39,980 bases of DNA from a virus (taxonomy: Duplodnaviria; Heunggongvirae; Uroviricota; Caudoviricetes), in the IMG/VR virus record IMGVR_UViG_2617270954_000001. One strand, 5' to 3'. Of this stretch, positions 30,119-38,680 are shown piece after piece (position 1 is the first letter of the stretch; each line of letters opens with the position of its first letter). The notes under the pieces are model-generated. The model saw only the letters and a list, made by a program, of their open reading frames with translations. It was not told the origin of the DNA and made no database searches. The position numbers were made by a program, and so were the translations under genes.

Positions 30119-31062
30119 GCAATCCCCCTGTCTGCAAACTTCCCTTCCCGAACTCCCGTTAACGAATCTTCCCTCAGCAGGTAATCAAAATCGGCCGTCC
30201 AGCCAGTGTCGTTGTCTCCGAAGTAAAACGGCTTGGCCTGATGTACAAACGCCCTGACATACGCTCTGAAACCGTCCACGTTTGGCGTTTTCAGTTGCGG
30301 GATGATTTTCTTCAGGCGGCGTTTGCGTTTCTCGTTGACCGCAACAGCGTGTGGCAGTCTGTCACCGACTTCGGTGTTGTAGGCGTTCAGGAAGGATTCG
30401 TAGTCGATTCGTTCTGCCTTGCGACGTTCAGGTTTAACCTGCCCATCGCCGCCCCCATTGGGGGGTAGGGGGGTATTATTTATATTCTTGTTAATACCTT
30501 CTTGTTCATGATGTGCGGTTGTTTGTGCGGCTTCATGTGCGCTTTCATGTGCGGCATGTACTCTGAAAGCCGCGCCATTGCTGGCTTCGTCATGTGCGGC
30601 ATCATGTGCGGTTGTTTGTGCGGCTTCATGTGCGGGTGAATTGTCCATTTTTTGAGCGTATTCATGGTAATTTGTGATGGTGATCACACGACCTTTTTGC
30701 TTCTCTCCATCAATGGAGATCATCCCCTCTTTCACAAAAACCTGAAGCATCCGCTCAACCTGATCACGGCTTGCTGGCTTGCCATGTCTGTCGCATAACT
30801 GAAGACCTAAATCAGCTGCTGTCACAACCAGTTGACCGGGTTGCAGATGCCATTCATGACCTTTGAAATTCGCTTTGTATGGCTTTCTGGCGGCATTCAG
30901 GAGAAGGTTTTCCCACAGGGTGCGAAGATAAACATCTTTCGCCCATGACTGTTTCAGAATGCTCCGGTACAACGGAATGTAACCAGTTTTCTGGTTCTCC
31001 ATCCTGTTGCTCCTGCGCTCGTGTGCGGCGCTGAAATCGTAGATTTTTGCTGTATTGCTCAT
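30115..31062 (-). CDS. Replication initiator, lambda O / P22 gp18-like
   Basis: 315 aa upstream of the helicase; contains a repetitive His/Ala-rich linker encoded by DNA iterons. Confidence 0.7.
   Translation of the reverse strand: MSNTAKIYDFSAAHERRSNRMENQKTGYIPLYRSILKQSWAKDVYLRTLWENLLLNAARKPYKANFKGHEWHLQPGQLVVTAADLGLQLCDRHGKPASRDQVERMLQVFVKEGMISIDGEKQKGRVITITNYHEYAQKMDNSPAHEAAQTTAHDAAHDEASNGAAFRVHAAHESAHEAAQTTAHHEQEGINKNINNTPLPPNGGGDGQVKPERRKAERIDYESFLNAYNTEVGDRLPHAVAVNEKRKRRLKKIIPQLKTPNVDGFRAYVRAFVHQAKPFYFGDNDTGWTADFDYLLREDSLTGVREGKFADRGIA
30500..30640. repeat. Replication-origin iterons inside the initiator gene
   Basis: At least 8 copies of TGTGCGG at roughly 10-bp spacing (catgtgcggcatcatgtgcggttgtttgtgcggcttcatgtgcgg...). 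Confidence 0.7.
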
Positions 31063-31064
31063 AA

Positions 31065-31337
31065 CTACCTGCCTTGACGAAAGACATTAAGAACATCGTT
31101 AAACTGACTTACGGATATGTCTTCTTTGAGAAGCTTTTCCAGAAATGTGTTTGGAATGAACGTATATCCCTCCTCTTTTGGTAGAGACGGGAGCAACGCC
31201 CTCGCCTCAGCCTTCAGAAGCTCAGTTCTGGCAACTTTCACAAAAGAGATTTGAGTTCTTTCATCAATGGAACGAAGGAAGCGCAAACGCTTAGCTTCTT
31301 TGTGTGTATCAGGTGGATTAAAGCCTTTGTTTCGCAT
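31065..31337 (-). CDS. Hypothetical protein between cII and the initiator (track ORF extends to 31610)
   Basis: About 90 aa from internal Met MRNKGFNPPD...; the upstream part of the track ORF overlaps cII out of frame. Confidence 0.35.
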   Translation of the reverse strand: MRNKGFNPPDTHKEAKRLRFLRSIDERTQISFVKVARTELLKAEARALLPSLPKEEGYTFIPNTFLEKLLKEDISVSQFNDVLNVFRQGR

Positions 31338-31359
31338 ATAATTACCTCGTTGGATGTTG

Positions 31360-31653
31360 TTAAAATTCCATTTGTATTTGATCAGAACGCTCGGTTGCCG
31401 CCGGGCGTTTTTTATTGGTGAGAATCGAAGCAACTTGTCGTGCCAATCGAGCCATGTCGTCGTCAACGACGCCCCATTCAAGAACAGCAAGCAGCATTGA
31501 GAACTTTGGAATCCAGTCCCTCTTCCACCTGCTGATCTGCGACTTATCAACTCCCACAGCTTCCGCTGTCTTCTCAGTTCCAAGCATTGCGATTTTGTTA
31601 AGCAACGCACTCTCGATTCTTAGAGCCTCGTTGCGTTTGTTTGCACGAACCAT
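31360..31653 (-). CDS. cII: CII transcriptional activator (track ORF extends to 31740)
   Basis: From internal Met: MVRANKRNEALRIESALLNKIAMLGTEKTAEAVGVDKSQISRWKRDWIPKFSMLLAVLEWGVVDDDMARLARQVA.ILTNKKRPAATERS.QIQMEF, near-identical to lambda CII. Confidence 0.9.
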   Translation of the reverse strand: MVRANKRNEALRIESALLNKIAMLGTEKTAEAVGVDKSQISRWKRDWIPKFSMLLAVLEWGVVDDDMARLARQVASILTNKKRPAATERSDQIQMEF

Positions 31654-31710
31654 ATGTAAGTATTTCCTTAACAAATAAGAAGTTATGCGCATCAACTTAT
31701 GCGCGTTGTA

Positions 31711-31756
31711 TTCCCGCATTTCGGCGGGAATGAGGACCATGACTGTTAAAGAGCAA
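31711..31756 (-). promoter_or_regulatory. nutR (boxA GCTCTTTAACA, boxB hairpin CCCGC-CGAAAT-GCGGG)
   Basis: boxA-like and boxB stem-loop on the minus-strand transcript between cro and cII; same elements as nutL. Confidence 0.65.
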
Positions 31757-31761
31757 TTTGC

Positions 31762-31947
31762 TTATGCCGCTTTGCGGTAAGCGCTTTCTTGATACTTCAG
31801 GGCGCCAGCTGTAACGACTTCCAGTCGATAGGCGTCTTTCTCTGGGATGACTTCCTTCCACTGAGAGACTGCTGCGTCGCTAATGCCTAACGCTTTAGCT
31901 ACAGCACGCTGGGTTCCGAAGTGGTCGATAACATCTTTCTTGTACAT
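31762..31947 (-). CDS. cro: Cro repressor, P22-type
   Basis: 61 aa MYKKDVIDHFGTQRAVAKALGISDAAVSQWKEVIPEKDAYRLE..., matches P22 Cro as recalled; divergent from c2. Confidence 0.85.
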   Translation of the reverse strand: MYKKDVIDHFGTQRAVAKALGISDAAVSQWKEVIPEKDAYRLEVVTAGALKYQESAYRKAA

Positions 31948-31961
31948 AGACTCGCTCCGAA

Positions 31962-32027
31962 ATTAAAGAACACTTAAATTATCCACTAAAGGAATCTTAA
32001 GTCAAGTTTATTTAAGATGTCTTAACT
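31962..32027. promoter_or_regulatory. OR operator cluster with PR/PRM
   Basis: Three 18-bp pseudo-palindromes with half-sites ATT.AAG/CTTAA.T (ATTAAAGAACACTTAAAT; ATCTTAAGTCAAGTTTAT; ATTTAAGATGTCTTAACT), the last abutting the c2 ATG. Confidence 0.7.
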
Positions 32028-32678
32028 ATGAAAACTCAATTGATGGGAGAGCGCATTCGCGCTCGGAGAAAAGAACTCAAGATCAGGCAGGCCGCACTTG
32101 GAAAGATGGTCGGCGTGTCTAATGTTGCCATATCTCAGTGGGAACGCTCTGAGACAGAGCCAAATGGAGAGAATCTTCTCGCCCTGGCTAATGCGTTGAA
32201 GTGTTCCCCTGACTATCTGATGAAAGGAGAGGAAAGTCTTTCAAACATTGCCTATCACAGTAGGCATGATCCAAGAGGGTCATACCCTCTGATTAGCTGG
32301 GTGAGCGCAGGATGCTGGATGGAAGCTGTAGAACCATATCATAAGCGTGCAATAGATAACTGGTACGATACAACCGTAGACTGTTCAGAAGATTCGTTTT
32401 GGTTGGACGTGAAGGGAGACTCAATGACGGCTCCGGCCGGTCTCAGTATCCCTGAAGGAATGATAATACTCGTCGATCCTGAAGTAGAGCCGCGTAACGG
32501 GAAACTGGTAGTTGCAAAGCTCGAAGGAGAAAACGAGGCAACTTTCAAGAAGTTAGTTATTGATGCAGGCAGGAAGTTTCTAAAACCACTTAACCCACAA
32601 TATCCGATGATCGAGATCAACGGAAACTGCAAAATCATCGGCGTAGTTGTCGATGCAAAACTAGCAAACCTTCCATAA
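32028..32678 (+). CDS. c2: C2 repressor (LexA-like autocleaving repressor), P22-type
   Basis: 216 aa; near-identical over most of its length to P22 C2 as recalled (MGERIRARRK.LKIRQAALGKMVGVSNVAISQWERSETEPNGENLLAL...). Confidence 0.95.
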   Translation: MKTQLMGERIRARRKELKIRQAALGKMVGVSNVAISQWERSETEPNGENLLALANALKCSPDYLMKGEESLSNIAYHSRHDPRGSYPLISWVSAGCWMEAVEPYHKRAIDNWYDTTVDCSEDSFWLDVKGDSMTAPAGLSIPEGMIILVDPEVEPRNGKLVVAKLEGENEATFKKLVIDAGRKFLKPLNPQYPMIEINGNCKIIGVVVDAKLANLP

Positions 32679-32680
32679 GG

Positions 32681-32702
32681 GGGCATTCGCCCCTTTTTTA
32701 TT
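32681..32702 (+). terminator. Intrinsic terminator after c2
   Basis: GGGGGCATTCGCCCC hairpin followed by TTTTTTATTT. Confidence 0.6.
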
Positions 32703-32767
32703 TCCTTTAAAAATCAAAGCCAAACTTAAGTTACGAAAGAAAATTTAAGTTTTCTTCAAAAATACTC

Positions 32768-32796
32768 TTGACCATTAATTAAAGAGATCTTAAATT
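32768..32796 (+). promoter_or_regulatory. PL promoter with overlapping OL operator
   Basis: -35 TTGACC, 17-bp spacer, -10 TAAATT; 18-bp operator ATTAAAGAGATCTTAAAT overlaps spacer and -10; further half-sites upstream. Confidence 0.6.
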
Positions 32797-32842
32797 TAAG
32801 CCATCAGCAGGACGCTGGTAGCCAAACGGAACAGATTGGCAG

Positions 32843-32883
32843 GCTCTTTAACATTGATGGGATTGTCCCGCCGAAATGCGGGA
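32843..32883 (+). promoter_or_regulatory. nutL (boxA GCTCTTTAACA, boxB hairpin CCCGC-CGAAAT-GCGGG)
   Basis: Same boxA/boxB as nutR, in the PL leader upstream of the N-like gene. Confidence 0.65.
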
Positions 32884-33196
32884 ACCAAAGAGTAGTTGGC
32901 TTTGGGGTGACGTGAAGTGCAGCTGCACGACGGCAACCGGAAGATAAGCACCCGGCGCGTCACCGCCAAAGTCAATTCCATAGGCGTTATGCAGCCGCCA
33001 CCATATTCAAGAAAGCTGCACAAGAGGTAGGAGGATTTATGTGAATACTTACATTCAATTGAGAGATTAATTAAATAGAACTGATCGAGCAGAGTCCATG
33101 AAGGCTCATAAATGCTCTTCCATCCCCGTCTAATTGGCGGGGAAGGAAACCACTTTGTAATAAAAAAATTCCAAAGTTGTTTCATCGGAGGTCAAC

Positions 33197-33502
33197 ATGA
33201 CAGTAGTCATTACATATCTGGCTGACGATAACGCCAGAAATCGCCGCAGAGCACGCAGACAGGCTCAACGTGAACAGGAAATGCAAGAGCAGCGACTGGC
33301 GCGAAAAATTGCGCTAAAGCTCTCTGGTTGCGTCAGAGCAGATAAAGCAGCATCACTCGGAAGCCTTCGCTGTAAGAAAGCAGATGAAGTCGAGCTTAAA
33401 CAGAACTGTATTTACTACCGCAAGCCACGCAGTGAAATGGGTGTGACCTGTTCAGGCCGCCAGAAGCAACGCGGAAAATCAATTCCAGCTTATTACGATT
33501 GA
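33197..33502 (+). CDS. N-like transcription antiterminator (P22 gene 24 position)
   Basis: 101 aa; arginine-rich motif NARNRRRARRQAQREQ near N-terminus; C-terminus GVTCSGRQKQRGKSIP resembles lambda N; GGAGG RBS. Confidence 0.75.
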   Translation: MTVVITYLADDNARNRRRARRQAQREQEMQEQRLARKIALKLSGCVRADKAASLGSLRCKKADEVELKQNCIYYRKPRSEMGVTCSGRQKQRGKSIPAYYD

Positions 33503-33510
33503 GGTGAGAT

Positions 33511-33960
33511 ATGGAAGAACAAGCAAACAAGATTCTCGTAGAACTACTGCAAAAAGCCAGCAATGGAATAGACGCGGCTGTTTCATTCAGCCAAGCGCAG
33601 ATTCCTGATGTTGTTCATCAGTTGCTGCTATGGAATATGGTTGACAGTCTGATTAAAACATTAATAGCCATTCTAACAATCCCACTGGTTTTCTGGTTTA
33701 TGAAGAAGCAGTGCCAAAGAGTTGAGACAGGTAAAATCGGTGATGAAGGATACTCATGGGAGAGGGGAAATCCCAAATACAGGCCGACAATGGTTTGGGA
33801 TAGCAAAGGAGATATTAACCTTCTTATCATGCCATTGGTTGGAGTTTTGACTCTGTGGGGGATTTTTATTATTGGTGTAGTAACCAATATGACTTGGTTA
33901 AAAATTTGGCTGGCCCCAAAGCTTTACCTTATCGAATATGCAGCATCATTGGTTAAGTAA
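33511..33960 (+). CDS. Membrane protein, SieB-like superinfection exclusion candidate
   Basis: 149 aa with two predicted TM helices; located just after the N-like gene, where lambdoid phages carry sieB. Confidence 0.45.
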   Translation: MEEQANKILVELLQKASNGIDAAVSFSQAQIPDVVHQLLLWNMVDSLIKTLIAILTIPLVFWFMKKQCQRVETGKIGDEGYSWERGNPKYRPTMVWDSKGDINLLIMPLVGVLTLWGIFIIGVVTNMTWLKIWLAPKLYLIEYAASLVK

Positions 33961-33963
33961 TTT

Positions 33964-33992
33964 CAGGCCGCATAGTCGGCCTTTATTTTTGG
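33964..33992 (+). terminator. Intrinsic terminator after the SieB-like gene
   Basis: Hairpin AGGCCG-CATAGT-CGGCCT followed by TTTATTTTT. Confidence 0.6.
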
Positions 33993-34148
33993 CATAAACA
34001 ACAGAATAAACACTGCACTGTGTATTCATTCCAACGAGTGAATACACGGAGCAATGTCGCTCGTAACTAAACAGGAGCCGACTTGTTCTGATTATTGGAA
34101 ATCTTCTTTGCCCTCCAGTGTGAGGGCAATTTTTTTGATGGAGGATAT

Positions 34149-35117
34149 ATGAGTGAAGTAACAGATTTAGTTGTTATTGAAAAAGCAAATGCAATGACTG
34201 TATTTCAGTCTGCCGACCAGATTGAAGAAATCCTTCAAAAGGTTGAACGTGAAGTTATGTCCTTTGTGCCTGATATCACAACGGCAAAGGGCAGAAAGGA
34301 GATCGCTTCTCTGGCGTATAAAGTTGCGCAGACGAAAACATATCTCGATGGTCTTGGCAAAGACCTTGTTGCTGAACTGAAGGAAATTCCAAAGCTAATT
34401 GATGCCAACCGCAAGACAGTGCGCGATCGCCTTGATGAACTAAAAGCCAAGGCGCGCCAGCCTCTAACTGATTATGAGGAGGAGCAGGCACGGATTAAAG
34501 CCGAAGAAGAAGCTAAGGCAGCAGCTGAAGCTCTCGCAAAGCAAATTGAGTCTGACCATGAAATAGCGATTTTGATGGATCGCGAATTTGACCGCCAAAG
34601 AGAAGAGGCAAGACTCAAAGCGGAGCAGGAAAAGCGAGAGCATGAAGAACGCTTAAAAAGAGAGGCTGAAGAGAAAGCCAGAGCTGAAGCCGAAGCAAAG
34701 GCAAAAGCCGAAATTGAAGCAGCAGCAAGGCGAGAAGCAGAAGCTAAGGCAGCAGCGGAACGTGCAGAGCGTGAACGTATTGAAGCCGAGCAACGAGCAC
34801 AGCGCGAAGCAAAAGAGGCAGCAGAACGAGCTGAAAGAGAAAAGCAGGCAGCAATTGAAGCAGAACGCAGAAAAGCACAGGAGGAGGCTGAACGAATCCG
34901 TCGCGAGGCTGAAGCAAAAGAGCAAGCCAGAATAGCAGAAGAAAAAAGAATCAAGGACGAAGAAGAGCGTAGAGCAAAGGATAAAGCTCACCGGAAAGAA
35001 GTAAATAACAAAATACTTGCTGACCTTATCAAGGTTGGTGCATCAGAAGATGTTGCTAAAAATATCATAACAGCCATCGTAAAAGGCGAAGTATTCGCAA
35101 CAAAAATAACCTACTAA
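34149..35117 (+). CDS. Protein with about 170-residue E/R/K/A-rich predicted single alpha helix (track ORF starts at 34095)
   Basis: GGAGG RBS before MSEVTDLVV...; central run of AEAEAKAKAEIEAAARREAEAKAAAERAERERIEAEQRAQREAKEAAERAEREKQ...; short C-terminal domain. Confidence 0.6.
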   Translation: MSEVTDLVVIEKANAMTVFQSADQIEEILQKVEREVMSFVPDITTAKGRKEIASLAYKVAQTKTYLDGLGKDLVAELKEIPKLIDANRKTVRDRLDELKAKARQPLTDYEEEQARIKAEEEAKAAAEALAKQIESDHEIAILMDREFDRQREEARLKAEQEKREHEERLKREAEEKARAEAEAKAKAEIEAAARREAEAKAAAERAERERIEAEQRAQREAKEAAERAEREKQAAIEAERRKAQEEAERIRREAEAKEQARIAEEKRIKDEEERRAKDKAHRKEVNNKILADLIKVGASEDVAKNIITAIVKGEVFATKITY

Positions 35118-35141
35118 TAAAACCAACATAAGGAACCACCC

Positions 35142-35273
35142 ATGATTTACGCAATCGCGGGAGGCGCTCGCATGGGTGCCTTCCAATTAAATGAATCTTT
35201 ACTTGAACGAATCACCCGTAAATTACGTGACGGATGGAAAAGAGTTGAGGTCTTATTATGCGCAATGAAATAG
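35142..35273 (+). CDS. cIII: CIII (43 aa, absent from ORF track)
   Basis: Hand-translated MIYAIAGGARMGAFQLNESLLERITRKLRDGWKRVEVLLCAMK; core ESLLERITRKLRDGWKR matches lambda CIII. Confidence 0.8.
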   Translation: MIYAIAGGARMGAFQLNESLLERITRKLRDGWKRVEVLLCAMK

Positions 35274-35410
35274 CCATCAATCACCAGATGCTTCGTGCTG
35301 CACAGAACAAAGCAGTAATAGCCAGATTTATTGGTGATTCAAAAATGTGGCTTGAAGCAAATAAAGCGATGAAATCAGCTATCAACCTTCCATGGTATCG
35401 CAGGAAATGA
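35258..35410 (+). CDS. kil: Kil-like host division inhibitor (about 50 aa, absent from ORF track)
   Basis: Hand-translated MRNEIAINHQMLRAAQNKAVIARFIGDSKMWLEANKAMKSAINLPWYRRK; motif FIGD.KM as I recall for lambda Kil; overlaps cIII stop. Confidence 0.6.
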   Translation: MRNEIAINHQMLRAAQNKAVIARFIGDSKMWLEANKAMKSAINLPWYRRK

Positions 35411-35577
35411 GCTTTACAGATAACTGGTCAGACGAAGAATTCATTCGTCAGATGAAAGAATTATTCGGTAACGAAGGAGATATTCATGTCACTTGCAACC
35501 ACCGTGAAGGAGAGCAAGTTACAGAGACGCATGTACACGCAGCAGGCGTTAATGTATCGCCAGAAGGGAGATCGTGA
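35407..35577 (+). CDS. Small hypothetical protein (track ORF starts at 35392)
   Basis: About 56 aa from MSFTDNWSDEEF...; ATGA overlap with kil. Confidence 0.35.
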   Translation: MSFTDNWSDEEFIRQMKELFGNEGDIHVTCNHREGEQVTETHVHAAGVNVSPEGRS

Positions 35578-35666
35578 AGGTGTTCGCGTCTTTTTAAATG
35601 CGGCAAAGACTGAAGTATTAAATCAGCGTTATTTCCTTGGGCCATGCCCATTCTGAGAACAAACAT

Positions 35667-36272
35667 ATGAGCAAAGAATTTTACGCAAGACTGGCAGCTA
35701 TTCAGGAGAACTTGAACGCGCCAAAGAATCAGTACAACTCATTCGGTAAATATAAATACAGAAGCTGCGAAGACATTCTTGAAGGCGTTAAGCCGTTACT
35801 GAATGGCCTGTTTTTATCAATCAGCGATGAAGTTGTGTTGATTGGTGATCGGTATTACGTGAAAGCCACGGCAACTATTACCGATGGCGAAAACAGTCAT
35901 ACGGCAACCGCTCTTGCACGAGAGGAAGAAAGCAAGAAAGGAATGGATTCTGCACAAGTTACGGGAGCTACAAGCTCTTATGCACGCAAGTATTGCCTCA
36001 ATGGTTTGTTCGGCATTGATGATGCGAAAGATGCAGATACCGACGAGCATAAACATCAGCAGAACGCAGCAGCAAAGCAATCAAAACCATCACCTACACC
36101 TGAACAGGTTCTAAAAGCATTCACTGACGCAGCATTGCAGAAAAACACCGTGGAAGAGCTTAAACAGGCGTTCGCCAAAGCGTGGAAGATGCTCGAAGGC
36201 ACACCGGAGCAGCACAAAGCGCAGGACGTTTACAACATCAGACGAGACGAATTAGAAGGAGCTGCTGCTTAA
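35667..36272 (+). CDS. erf: Erf-family single-strand annealing protein (track ORF starts at 35637)
   Basis: ERF-family N-terminal motif (KYRSCEDILEGVKPLL), Gln/Ala-rich C-terminal tail; P22 Erf-like position. Confidence 0.8.
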   Translation: MSKEFYARLAAIQENLNAPKNQYNSFGKYKYRSCEDILEGVKPLLNGLFLSISDEVVLIGDRYYVKATATITDGENSHTATALAREEESKKGMDSAQVTGATSSYARKYCLNGLFGIDDAKDADTDEHKHQQNAAAKQSKPSPTPEQVLKAFTDAALQKNTVEELKQAFAKAWKMLEGTPEQHKAQDVYNIRRDELEGAAA

Positions 36273-36655
36273 TGGCACATTCGATTACTGTAAGACTAAA
36301 CAAGCCCGCAAGAGAGTTTCAGGCCGGGGAAAATATCGGATTCAACATCCGTGCTGGCGTTCAGTATTACGATCGCCAGACAAAAAAGAAAGAATGGACA
36401 AACTACAGCACCGTTGTATTTGCCAAGCCGGGAGCGCAAGCGGATTACTACCGTAGTGTTCTTGTTGAAGGTGGCATTGTGGAAATTACCGGAGAAAACA
36501 TCAGGGTTGATGTTTATCAGGGGCAAAATGGTCAATCCATCACTCTTGAATTACTGAATGCAAAGATTGGATTTGCAACTTCAGGAAACAGCCCGCAGCA
36601 GCAAAGTAGTAACCAGCAGAACACTCCTGTATACGACGATTCCATCCCATTCTGA
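36272..36655 (+). CDS. Short SSB-like protein (track ORF starts at 36182)
   Basis: About 127 aa from MAHSITVRLNKPARE...; OB-fold-like body, Gln-rich linker, C-terminal acidic tip YDDSIPF like the canonical SSB DDDIPF tail. Confidence 0.6.
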   Translation: MAHSITVRLNKPAREFQAGENIGFNIRAGVQYYDRQTKKKEWTNYSTVVFAKPGAQADYYRSVLVEGGIVEITGENIRVDVYQGQNGQSITLELLNAKIGFATSGNSPQQQSSNQQNTPVYDDSIPF

Positions 36656-36678
36656 TTTAGAAAAATAAGGATTTAATT

Positions 36679-36975
36679 ATGCCAGCGCCTCTGTATGGTG
36701 CGGATGACCCGCGCCGCTGTTCCGGCAATTCCGTATCGGAGGTGCTGGATAAATTCAGGAAAAACTACGACCTGATAATGTCGCTACCGCAGGAAACGAA
36801 AGAGGAAAAGGAATTTCGCCATTGTATATGGCTTGCAGAGAAAGAAGAACGCGAGCGAATTTACCAGACATCAATCCGACCATTCCGCAAAGCCACATAC
36901 ACCCACTTCCCTGAATATATCGACCCGCGCCTGCGTAATTACCGCTCACGCTATGGCGCTATCAGTAATGACTGA
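36679..36975 (+). CDS. Hypothetical protein, possibly Abc2-like anti-RecBCD
   Basis: 98 aa directly after the recombination genes, where P22 carries abc2/abc1; assignment by position and size only. Confidence 0.4.
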   Translation: MPAPLYGADDPRRCSGNSVSEVLDKFRKNYDLIMSLPQETKEEKEFRHCIWLAEKEERERIYQTSIRPFRKATYTHFPEYIDPRLRNYRSRYGAISND

Positions 36976-36985
36976 GGAATTAACA

Positions 36986-37276
36986 ATGAAAACAATGAAG
37001 CTAAACATCGACCTCGGAAAATACGTTATTACCGGAACAAAACACGATCTGATTCTTAGCGAAAGAGGAATTATCAAAGAAGACGAGAATGCAGGGAAAG
37101 AAACACTAAGTCGTATCGGTTATTACAGCAAGTTTGAGCATCTGGTTAAAGAGTTATGCAACCGTGAAATCCTGTTATCTCAGGCGCAGACGCTACAGGA
37201 TATTCAGCAGCATATCGAGACTTTAGGTGTGTCACTTAGCATGGCTATTGACCAGTTCGTGGAGAGTAAATCATGA
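36986..37276 (+). CDS. Hypothetical protein (track ORF starts at 36833)
   Basis: About 96 aa from [14 protein letters not shown]... with GAGG RBS. Confidence 0.4.
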   Translation: MKTMKLNIDLGKYVITGTKHDLILSERGIIKEDENAGKETLSRIGYYSKFEHLVKELCNREILLSQAQTLQDIQQHIETLGVSLSMAIDQFVESKS

Positions 37277-37440
37277 GAGGACTTGCATACAATCCCGGCA
37301 TTCTTCCGGCAGAAATGATTATTCGCCAGCGCGTAAAGCCAATGCCATCGAGAGAGGAATTGCTTAAGAGAAATTCTTTTCCATCAGTGAATCAAAACAA
37401 ATATCTGAATGCGATGTGGCGTAAAGGAGGCAACCAGTGA
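37273..37440 (+). CDS. Small hypothetical protein (55 aa, absent from ORF track)
   Basis: Hand-translated [55 protein letters not shown]; translationally coupled on both sides. Confidence 0.3.
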   Translation: MRGLAYNPGILPAEMIIRQRVKPMPSREELLKRNSFPSVNQNKYLNAMWRKGGNQ

Positions 37441-38108
37441 GCAAGATTGACTATCAGGCACTGCGTGAGTTAGCAAAACAGGCAACACAGGGCGAATGGG
37501 TCGCATTCATTTCGCCGGGCACTGATACATATGCGGTGCATACGCCGGGGGATGAACGTTGCGGAGACATTATCAAATGGCCTGGCTTTGACGGCCAGAA
37601 AAATGCAGAGAACAACGCAGAATTTATCGCAGCTTTAAACCCTAAAGTAGTGCAGGCACTGCTGGATGAACGGGAAAGAAACCAGCAATATATCAAACGC
37701 CGCGACCAGGAGAACGAGGACATTGCGCTAACGGTAGGGAAGCTGCGTGTTGAGCTTGAGGAGACAAAATCAAAACTCAACGAGCAGCGTAAGTATTACG
37801 AAGGTGTTATCTCGGATGGAAGTAAGCGCATAGCAGAACTGGAAGCACGGGAAATAAAACCAGCCAAAGGTGAAGTTCTTGTCGTTGTTTCTGGTTTTAC
37901 TGGTTGCGGAAAAAGCGCCATTGCCGGGGAAATAGAAATCGCGATGAAGGCTATTGGTGTACCGGTTCAGTGGACTAATGGCGATGCGGAAAAGCGCATG
38001 ACAGGAGCTGACTGGCTGACAGCGATTGAGATGTACAAACCAACAGTGCGCATCGTGGAAGTTAATGTGCCACGCGCCGCAGGCATTCGCATCAAAGAGG
38101 GTGAGTAG
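37437..38108 (+). CDS. Ead/Ea22-like early protein
   Basis: 223 aa; N-terminus [17 protein letters not shown] typical of Ea22-like proteins; central coiled coil. Confidence 0.5.
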   Translation: MSKIDYQALRELAKQATQGEWVAFISPGTDTYAVHTPGDERCGDIIKWPGFDGQKNAENNAEFIAALNPKVVQALLDERERNQQYIKRRDQENEDIALTVGKLRVELEETKSKLNEQRKYYEGVISDGSKRIAELEAREIKPAKGEVLVVVSGFTGCGKSAIAGEIEIAMKAIGVPVQWTNGDAEKRMTGADWLTAIEMYKPTVRIVEVNVPRAAGIRIKEGE

Positions 38109-38280
38109 TGCGTGTGGCATGTATCGGCTTGTTACCGTACCCGACTCGTTTTTGGGCTTCTGCGCTAATTGCAAAGCCACATGTCCTGATAGCTGACAAC
38201 ATCATCCCGGCACCAAAGCGCCGCCATACCGGTATTGCAGCGGCACGACGAGCAGCAAAGAGACGCAGGAGAGCAAAACG

Positions 38281-38469
38281 ATGAAAAACCGTAAAGCAAA
38301 GATTCTGTTAGCTCGCAGAAACGGTGTTGGGGTCTGGCGATGGGTGAGGATTAGTAACAGACGAGTGAGGTTGATGGGGTGTTGCGGGGTGATGGGTCAC
38401 AGTTGTTGCAAAAAGCCCAGCGCGGCGCAAAACCGCTGGAAAAACTACTTGCGGACTAAAGGAGAGTGA
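38281..38469 (+). CDS. Small basic hypothetical ORF
   Basis: 62-aa Arg/Cys-rich ORF; could be spurious. Confidence 0.25.
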   Translation: MKNRKAKILLARRNGVGVWRWVRISNRRVRLMGCCGVMGHSCCKKPSAAQNRWKNYLRTKGE

Positions 38470-38470
38470 T

Positions 38471-38680
38471 ATGGCTATCGCTGCAAGTTACACCATGCAT
38501 CTCTATTGTGATTGTCGCCAGTGTACGGAAGGTGTATATCCAGTGCCAGACTTCGGTGAGTATATCGGTACGTCATGGTCTGGTTGTGCAAAAGAGGCCC
38601 GTAAAGACGGGTGGCGAATAAGCAAAGACAAAACACGTACTTTTGCGCCCGGGCATAAAGTTTTGAGGATTAACACATGA
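38471..38680 (+). CDS. Small Cys-rich hypothetical protein
   Basis: 69 aa with HLYCDCRQC motif; GGAG RBS; ATGA overlap with next gene. Confidence 0.4.
   Translation: MAIAASYTMHLYCDCRQCTEGVYPVPDFGEYIGTSWSGCAKEARKDGWRISKDKTRTFAPGHKVLRINT

Noticed and set aside
29304-30137. ORFs inside or antisense to the DnaB-like helicase gene (29304-29660 plus strand, 29832-30137 minus strand)
   Set aside because: Fully nested within a confidently assigned helicase gene; Arg/Ser-rich compositions typical of off-frame artefacts
31654-31740. N-terminal 29-codon extension of the cII ORF in the track
   Set aside because: The extension overlaps nutR boxB; the lambda-like CII sequence begins at the internal Met
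32796-33185. 129-aa minus-strand ORF between c2 and the N-like gene
   Set aside because: Runs through the PL leader and nutL boxA/boxB; odd Cys/Trp-rich composition; no RBS
34472-34991. Long minus-strand ORFs (160 aa and 112 aa) antisense to the E/R/K-rich gene
   Set aside because: Low-complexity Ser/Ala/Cys/Phe translations produced by the antisense of GAA/GCA-rich repeats; no start context; the sense gene has a strong RBS
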